From Catajapyx aquilonaris (Eukaryota), in assembly GCA_000934665.2 (NCBI GenBank), contig JYFJ02001088.1:62001-91806 (forward strand): DNA of 29,806 nucleotides. The letters run 5' to 3'. Below, in pieces: positions 21,671 to 29,806 of this stretch. The position numbers and the translations under genes are program-made. A model generated the notes under the pieces. The model saw nothing but the letters and a program-made list of their open reading frames with translations. It had not been told where the DNA came from and ran no database searches. Position 1 is the stretch's first letter. Each line of letters starts with the position of its first letter.

Positions 21671-24600
21671 ATGGCGTCTCCCAGCCTGGAGACCTGTCCG
21701 GAACTTCCAGAGTCAGACATAGACTCCGAGTCCGACGTGATCCATCACAACGGCATCAACCACCAGAAGAACCACAGACGAAACCAAAGTGGAGGATCAT
21801 CTTCACTCTCAGACAGACCACTGTTGGCATGCGCCATATGTAACCGACCTTACTCACATCCAAAGGTATGACATCAAATTCTGGATCAGGCTGTAGATGG
21901 AGCAAAGTCCAATCGAGGGTGTAATTGTCACGTGTGTAAGGATAGGATGTCAGCATCCGGTAGGGATCTCCAATTCGTATGAGCTGAACAATAGAGGGCT
22001 CCCAGGCTGACAAGGCCAGTCCACAGATAGACTTATTTTAGACTGCGTTGTATCCTCTTGACAGGTGCTGCCGTGTCTGCACACTTTCTGCGAGAGTTGC
22101 CTGGTTGGGTACATACCTCCACAGAGTCTGACCCTCACCTGCCCGATTTGCAGGCAACAATCAATATTGCCGGAGAAAGGGGTGAGTTGTTGGTTTTGCA
22201 TCCGACCACGGTTGGGTACGCAGCAATTTTCAAGAACAATGGAACAGTTGGTCACGCTTTTCTGTTTTTTCGTATAGGTATCGGCGCTGCAGACCAATTT
22301 CTACATCGCGAATCTGATGGAAGTGCTAGGCCCGCCTCCTGACCCCTGCCAGGGGTGCCAGAGACCAGAGAGCGTTCCCGTGGCAAAGTGCATCGACTGT
22401 GGAGACCTCCTTTGCGGATCATGCGCCGAGCAGCATCCTCAGGTTAGTCTGGCCAGGATTTTGTTGTTGGAGTGCACGGGGCTTGAACGAATCGAGCAGA
22501 CAAGTGTGGTGAATACGTTCAGTTTGACTGTTATTCGCACAGCCTGTTTCCACGGTCAGTCCGGACATACAGACAAACTTTATGGTTTATGTAAGATTCA
22601 AAAAATTGGTGTTATTTTCCCAAATTGATGCAAAAAATTAATTTGTAGCTGAATGTGACCGCTGGTCATCGTGTAGAGATGGTGAACGACGCGTCGTCGA
22701 GTGAGGTCGCCAGTGAGGAAGAGTTTGTGGCCATCGACGGCACCAGATGCCTCTACTGCCCCAGCCATTCTGGTAAGCAACTTGTGTAACATTGTTCGTA
22801 ACAGGTGGCGCTTGTATAACACATAAGCACGATAGCAATTAGATAACATGTTGGCGATAACGGGGTTGAATTACCCTCATTTTTTCATGTAGGACAAACA
22901 CTCAGATTCTTTTGTCGCGACTGCGAGACTGCGATTTGCAGCAGCTGTACGGACATTGAGCATCGGAAACATCTGACAATGCGGTTGACCGACGCTGTTG
23001 AGGAAGAGAAGCACACTCTTCGTGTCCTGTTGGATGGAGCGTATGCCAAGGTGGAGCCTCTGAAGGCGGCTGCATCTCAGATTCAGGTGGTGTCTGAATC
23101 TCTGTCGGCATGCAAGGAAGAGACGCTCCAGCATATGGAGGAGCTCTTCCAGAGGTTGTCGGCCGCCTTGCAAGAACGGAGGAAGAAGCTGCTGGAAGAG
23201 CTGGAGGCGGCTCATCTGGAGAAGCAGGAGACGCTCAGTAGGCAGAGAGAGGCTGCTGAAGCCTGTCTGTCTGAAGTATGGAGCTGCTGTGAGCTGACTG
23301 AACGAGCCCTGAAGCAGGGGTCGGCCACGGAGGTGCTGCTGGTCAAGAAGCAGGTCAGTTAGCATGAATTTTAATCAAATTTTATTTATTAACTTTTGTC
23401 ATATCATCAGGTGAGCGAGAGGCTGCAGGAGTACGCGACCTTGACCCCTGAAGACGAGGAGCCCCACGAGAACGCGTACATCAACTTCGACGAGAGCGGC
23501 GAATCCGACCTGTCGAGTGCGATCAAGAGCATAGGGGCTGTTCACACGAGCAGCGCGCTGGCCTACAACAGCAGCGCAGCAGGGGAAGGACTCAAGTCAG
23601 GGGCTGTCGGAAGACCCACCTCAGTCATTCTCACCCCGAGGAACTACCGAGGAGACATCGTCAACCTGCCAGCTGACCAGCAACCTCTTCAAGCTCAGGT
23701 GTGTGACAAAAGGAAAAGCAATATAATTGGCTAAGGTTTGTGACTCTGAAAAATATACAACATTGAAACTTCTTCCCACAGGTGACGCCTGCAAATGGCG
23801 ACGCCTTTCCGGTACCGTCACCCACTGTGACATCACATCCGGACGGCCTGCACGAGATAACGTACGTCCTTCCGAAGGAGACGGTGTACGAGCTGTCTGT
23901 GTTCCTGTTCGGCCAGCACATCAAGGGCAGTCCGTTCAGACTGACCGCCTTTGTTGAGGAAGAGAGTTCCTCCAGCGAAAGACCAGTGGCTAAGATACAG
24001 CGCACCAACGGAGCTAACTCTCGAAATTCGATCAGAAGGAGACCAGGGTTCGGACTCAGGTCGGGAGGATCGTCTAGGCAGAGCAACCCGCTGGAGGACG
24101 ACCTGCTGACCCGGGTCGGGGTCAAAGGTCGAGGTCGAGGGGAGTTCACTAACCCTCAAGGCGTCTGCTGCACCTCGACAGGACGGATCGTGATCGCCGA
24201 TTCCAACAACCAATGCGTGCAGGTGTTCACGTCCGAAAGGGAGTGCAAGCTGAGGTTCGGGGTCAGGGGAAGAAGTCCGGGTCAGATGCAGAGGCCAACC
24301 GGGGTCGCCGTCTTGGGCAACGGGAACTACGCGGTGGCCGATTACGACAACAAGTGGATCTCAATATTCGAGCCAAATGGGAAGTTCGTCAACAGGATCG
24401 GAACTGGAAGGCTCCTTGGTGAGAATTAGTGGAAGACATCTGTGTTTTTCAGATAGATTAATCGAGTATCTTTGAACAGGTCCGAAGGGAATTGCAGTGG
24501 ACGCCAATGGACACATCCTAGTCGTTGACAACAAAGGTTCCAGCGTCCTTGTCTTCCAGCCCAATGGTAAGCTGATCCATCGCTTTGGATCCAGAGGATG

Positions 24601-25141
24601 CGACGAAGACCGGCTGGCAGGTCCTCACTTTGTGGCCATCAACAGCCGAGGGAACATCATCATATCTGACTTCCACAATCACTGCATTAAGGTGACCTGT
24701 GCCTATTGTTGACTATTGCACATTGTACGAACACCATGAATTTATTGGCAGGTGTTTGACTCTGAAGGAGACTTCTTGTTCTGCTTTGGATCAAATGGTG
24801 AAGGAAATGGGCAATTCAATGCTCCGACTGGTGTCGCTGTTGATGGACAGGACAACATCTTGGTTGCCGACTGGGGAAATAGTCGTATACAGGTACTATC
24901 GGTTACAAAAAGATTTAGTCAGGATGACTCCGACTCTTTCGTTCATCCTGACTTGATATACTTGTACTTACCTCCGATATTATTCCAGATATTTGATAGC
25001 CAGGGGTCATTCCTGTCATTTGTGAACACGATGGCTGACCCATTGTATGGCCCACAAGGACTGACCCTGACCCCAGAGGGCAACATCATTGTAGCAGACT
25101 CCGGGAATCACTGCTTCAAGATATACCGCTACCTGCAGTAA
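21671..25141 (+). CDS. TRIM2: TRIM2/TRIM3-like TRIM-NHL E3 ubiquitin ligase, ~830 aa; join(21671..21865,22065..22181,22278..22442,22649..22772,22893..23353,23411..23698,23782..24418,24480..24691,24752..24892,24989..25141)
   Basis: The RING region CAIC...[47 protein letters not shown] closely follows vertebrate TRIM2/3. It is followed by B-box1, B-box2 (CPSH...[14 protein letters not shown]...H..H), coiled coil, filamin repeat (GEGL..GAVG...GQHIKGSPF) and NHL repeats ending [15 protein letters not shown]. All nine introns are GT-AG with consistent phases. Probably co-orthologous to TRIM2 and TRIM3. Confidence 0.95.
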
Positions 25142-26039
25142 CTTTAACTTAAAAAATTCCACACACTAATTAATCCCGGAAGCAGCAGCAAACGTTGGGA
25201 GCTTCCTGTGTACGCTTTTGAGTAGGACTGTGCCAAGGTGTTCTTCAGATTGTGTGGCCTTCATTTTGTGATGAAAGTTTTTTGATTATTATTCACCTGG
25301 GTATTACTGTTTTATGTCACTGGACACTGCGATAATTTTGATGCACCAACATGTAGGTTGTCTTTTGTACATATTATTTCAAGGTCTGTGATATGAATAT
25401 TTTAAGCGGCCAGAGTTAAATGCTGGCAAGGAAAAAAGAAGTGACAACCGAAAATTTTACAGTTTTCTCTTACTTAGTTAAAACTCTAGTTGCACGTGAC
25501 CTGCGTAAAAAAATATTACGTTAAGTATTTTGTTTCCTTATGTTGGTAACGTTAACAGGAAATGAAGTGGCTTGTCGGGCTATGAATTTATGCAACATAT
25601 CATGGCTTGTCGTTTTTGGGATAATTATTATAGGACATAGGCCTATTTTTTCCTGGAATTTCGTCTATCGGAAGGAAATCAGGTGTGTACACGTTAGTCT
25701 AGTGGTTTCCCCCGATTTTTGTACTATATCCCAAGGGAACAATATGCTTTCAGTGTAGCTTTCATAGAGTGAGAGTGGGTGGAATTTATATGAAAATTGA
25801 GGCGCTCGCGGAAGAACATCACTTCAAATTGTTTCAAAATTATTATGGTTCAATCATGTGGAAAATTAGTATTATTATTAATGACATTAAGAATTGTTAT
25901 TTTACAAGTATTACAGTTTCATGAATGTGGGAATTTCCGTGAACGCCCCAATTTTTTTCAGATAGCTTTGGACTTGCAGTTTTACTATGTCATGAACTAT
26001 TGGACTGGGGAGTGCTTAGGCATTCACTTGTGTAATTTG

Positions 26040-26045
26040 AATAAA
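26040..26045 (+). promoter_or_regulatory. Candidate polyA signal of the TRIM gene
   Basis: AATAAA about 900 nt after the stop, followed by T/GT-rich sequence. Confidence 0.5.
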
Positions 26046-26167
26046 GTTTTGTGACGAGATTACATAATTCAGTTTTACTGATGTGAAGGTTTTACCATTT
26101 GCAAACAAATGAAGAGGACATGAAGTCATAACAACAGAGTTGACTGAACGGCTAATAGAAAACGGAA

Positions 26168-26868
26168 TACTCTATACCCAGAATTACATTAATAACTGTG
26201 ACACAAATGAAGATATTGCAACGGAATTTGAACTCAAGCAACCTCAACACGTGAGAAAGGAATTGGGTCTGTCAAATGTGGGTGCTGTAATACTGACGCT
26301 GGAGCGACGAATAGGCCAGACAGGCAGTGGCGCGCGGCGGATGTGTCCTTGCTTCCTGATCCAAACGTGGCCCAAACCTGTCATTTGGCTGAGTGTGTCG
26401 ACACGGTGCAGTTGTTGTTGTTGTGAACAGGAAAGATGTCAAATGTACGGTGTACTTTAGAGGAGAGAGTGTTCATCGTTCGCACATACTTGGAAACAGA
26501 ATCGCCCAAGGCGTGTCAACGAGAATTCCTGAAAAGGTTTGGAGGACGAAAGCCAAGACCTGCATTCTGCGATTGGTCAAGAAACTGGAAACCACTGGGA
26601 CATTGTTGGACAAGCGTCCAGGAGGGCGTCCCGAAATGTCAGAGGAGATTCAGGCCGTACCGCAGGATATGCTGGGCAGAACATTCCAAAATATGTCGCG
26701 CCGCGTTGAGACCTGCCTGGCCGCTAATGGTGGCCATTTCCAACACATGTTGTGATGCCATTTCAAATCACACATGGTTAGTTCAGTTCAAATTTCGTTG
26801 CAATATCTTCATTTGTGTTGATGTTATGGAAGTAATTCTGTGTATAGCGTAATTTGTGGGACACCATG
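26168..26868 (+). mobile_element. Non-autonomous, internally deleted Tc1/mariner-superfamily (rosa-like) transposon
   Basis: Inverted repeats 26168-26234 and 26785-26851 match at 57/67. The right end continues to GGGACACCATG+TA (26869-26870), a mariner-type terminus, while the outer ~17 bp of the left TIR are missing. It encloses a transposase remnant. Confidence 0.88.
26436..26755 (+). pseudogene. Frameshifted, internally deleted mariner-like transposase (N-terminal HTH fused to C-terminal tail)
   Basis: MSNVRCTLEERVFIVRTY...CQREFLKRF, frameshift, ILRLVKKLETTGTLLDKRPGGRP (DUF4817-type HTH), joined directly to IQAVPQDMLGRTFQNMSRRVETCLAANGGHFQHML*; the catalytic DDD domain is absent. Confidence 0.85.
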
Positions 26869-29806
26869 TATATTTCCCTTGGTAATGCAAAAAATAATTT
26901 ATAAAGTGCACAGTAAATCCCATACCAGCAGCTTTGTAAACTTGTAAAGTGTGACTTGTGCCTGCTTTTGACTCCTAGAAGTTCAAGTAACATGCATAAC
27001 TTTTACCCATCAAACATTTCAGTATCAAACAGAAGTCTCTGTGCTCTACAAACTGTGTACTTTAGGTAATTACATTTTTGGAACCTGGAAAACTCTCAAG
27101 TTTATCAATTAGCACTGAAATTCTGAAAAGCTGAAACAGCCCATTTGGTAAACTGAAATGATGCCGTAAGATAACTGAAGTCTAATTTCACGGTATCAAT
27201 GAAAAAAATGACACTTGAATTTCTTGGTATGAGACTATCAGTTCTAGGTCTACTATATAGTCGATAGGCCATTTCTGCACTTGCGTTACAAGCAAGAATG
27301 TCTGTATATACCTCACCTATAGGTCATGCTCCCATTTACAGGCTCCAGTGACTTTTAATTAAAAGACAAGAATGCTTTACTGAGCGTTCAGTGACAAACC
27401 TGCGGTCTTTGTGTCTTTCTAATGAAAAGTGCCTGCGAAGTACAAGGGCAAACAGAAGGTGCCACAGGAACGAGGGAGACGGACTTCATTAACTCCTTTC
27501 AGAGATGTGTCATTCATTCAAAATTGTGATAATTTTCAGAACTCGCACTTTCTCGATATTCCTAGAAACCTTCGTTTCGAGTGAATTAGTATTTTGAGAT
27601 CTTGTTTGTTCTCGTCTGAACCTTTTGCTACATTTTAGTGACTGCAAGTCAGAATTATTACTCAAAATTGGTTTCCAAAAGTTATAGTCATGACAGTGAC
27701 CCTACATCCGAAACTTTTGCATTATGATCTACTGGCCGGCAACTTTTTATGGACCTGAAAGTAAGTAGGTCTAATGGTGTACTTTCGGATGTGCCATAAA
27801 GTTTGCTATATTCAAAAAATTCTAACCCACTACCAGAGCACCCAAAAGTTGGACACTGGCACACTGATAGACTGACAAACGAAAATCTGACAGATAATAT
27901 TCTGTTTATGTGTACTGTGCAGGAGTTTAACAACAATTCTGGTGACTGGTCATTTTTCTTTAATTAATGATCTGTTTTGCGTTTCCTGTATTTGTGGATT
28001 AAAATGTGTCAGTTGGACATTGTCGGACATGAAAGCTGTCATCAAACATTACAGCTCAGTTCACATGCACATTAATAGATTGGTATATTATTAAATGCGG
28101 ACACCCATTAGGCACTGTTAAGCTCCATGTACATATAGTTACATTTAATCACAATGGTTTAAAGGATTATTTGGAAGCAAAGTTTTTATTACCATTTTTT
28201 TAAAACATGGTCTTATGAATAATTTATTACTAGTTTGATTTAAACTTGAGGTCATACTTGGTGCTCAAAATAAACAAAACTATATTATATTCCAAAAAAA
28301 CATTGTACATTAGTTAGTCTCTAGAGAAATACACAAACGTAGAAGAGGTAGTTGGGAACAACATAACAATATCGTAGTTATTAAGATACTGTACTTTTTT
28401 ACACTTTGTTTTCTTTAATACTGCCTCAATATAGCGACTAGAAATAACCATAAAAATTGCTATTTACAATATGTGTAGGACTAGAATAGGAAGGCCCAGG
28501 CTCAAAATATTGATAGATGAGTTATGCGAAGGGATCTGAGAATAATTTACGACCAAAAACTTAGCCTACTTTTAGGGGAGTTATACAATGCAATAGTTTG
28601 CACCCATAGGATTTGCAATTACGGCCATGTTCACCAGTCTCACAATTAAAGGCATTTTATAAAACCAGTACTACATAGTTTGGACTAATACTCCAATTTT
28701 TAACAGGGAACAAAAGTGGAATGTTTTTTTTTCCACCCCTGATGTCATATTTTTGCAATCAATTTTCGTTACACATTGTTAACCGGATTTTTTTTGCAAC
28801 TTTGGTTAACTTTATATTTATACGGACGGCGCAACAAAAACACATGCTGTACTGATACATCACTGACACATCATAAATAAAAAATAATTCATTTCCCCTT
28901 TAAAAATAAGGGCTCGGGTAACTAAACGCTACACTCTTTGCTCGACACAAATTCGGCACCTTTATATCGAGAAAGCTCATACGATCACACGCACTGAACA
29001 CTAATAAAAATTGCAACAAAAATTCCAGGGTGCTTATAAATAAAATGACAAATCCCACGCGGTTCACTTTTTCAAAGGTAGTTTTAATATTCACTCTCCT
29101 TTTCGGTACGAACGTCATGCATTGAGCTCATGCATATAATTCAACCCTTCTGAAAAATTTTCATATCTCTTGTGACATGTAGGGAGAGACGCACTTCTAC
29201 AAAAGAAAGGTATCGTCCGTCAAATCACGAAATAAGTCATGCAAAATGAATACTGATTTTGATCTACCCGGGCACAAAAAGTTATTTGACGTGACCTTTC
29301 TAACTACTGAAGAATAAAATATACCGGTACTGAAAGCTAGAACCGTGGAATCTATTCCCCCAGAAGTTTGAGATTTTGATAGAGTGGTCTATGACTATAC
29401 CCAGCACAAATATTTGGTCATGTCGAAGATGGGCAAAGGTGGGGGACTGAGATTGCTTTTGCCCATTCACAGAGAGAAGGTTTGATGAAAGGACATTTTA
29501 AAGCGCTGGAAGGTGTTTTCCTACAAAAACCGTTCAGGGGAGAAATTCATTCCGTGCTGTGAAATCGCCATGGAGTGGCTCTCCTTGAAATTGAAACATC
29601 TTTAAAAAAAAATTCGGGCAGTTCCAATTTTGTACGACAGAAAACACAACCACGTATGTCTTGTTTCACACCATCAGGGTGTGATCGATTGAGCTGTCTC
29701 CATTTGTCTCGTACAACTGACCATCGCCAAAAACACAGACAGCCAACGGGATTGAAACACTGTTGGTTGAGATAACAACACGAAATTGCACAAAGAACCA
29801 GTATTA

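Noticed and set aside
22877..24213. Long minus-strand ORFs (162, 162 and 126 aa)
   Set aside because: Antisense to GC-rich TRIM coiled-coil, filamin and NHL exons; expected shadow frames.
27000..29806. AT-rich tail with short ORFs and possible old repeat fragments near 28890-29400
   Set aside because: No paired TIRs, coherent exon chain or recognisable protein motif could be supported.
1..29806. CRISPR arrays, operons, rRNA or tRNA genes
   Set aside because: No regularly spaced repeat-spacer array or recognisable structural RNA; the window is spliceosomal eukaryotic DNA.

Overview
Eukaryotic, most likely arthropod, genomic DNA with mostly short (60-220 nt) GT-AG introns; no prokaryotic features. 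From left to right: (1) the last three coding exons of spartin (SPART/SPG20, + strand); (2) a convergent, intron-containing minus-strand gene of ~354 aa resembling the N-terminal half of a DNA transposase with no catalytic domain, probably domesticated; (3) directly upstream on the same strand, a ~200 aa MATH-only gene; (4) a ~16 kb region holding several candidate alternative first exons of the next gene, two tail-to-tail degenerate ionotropic-receptor-like pseudogenes and small foldback/MITE elements; (5) a complete 10-coding-exon TRIM2/TRIM3-like RING-Bbox1-Bbox2-coiled coil-filamin-NHL gene (~830 aa, + strand); (6) an internally deleted mariner/rosa-like transposon. All gene models were built by hand from splice signals and phase matching, and family calls come from motif recognition, not database searches.
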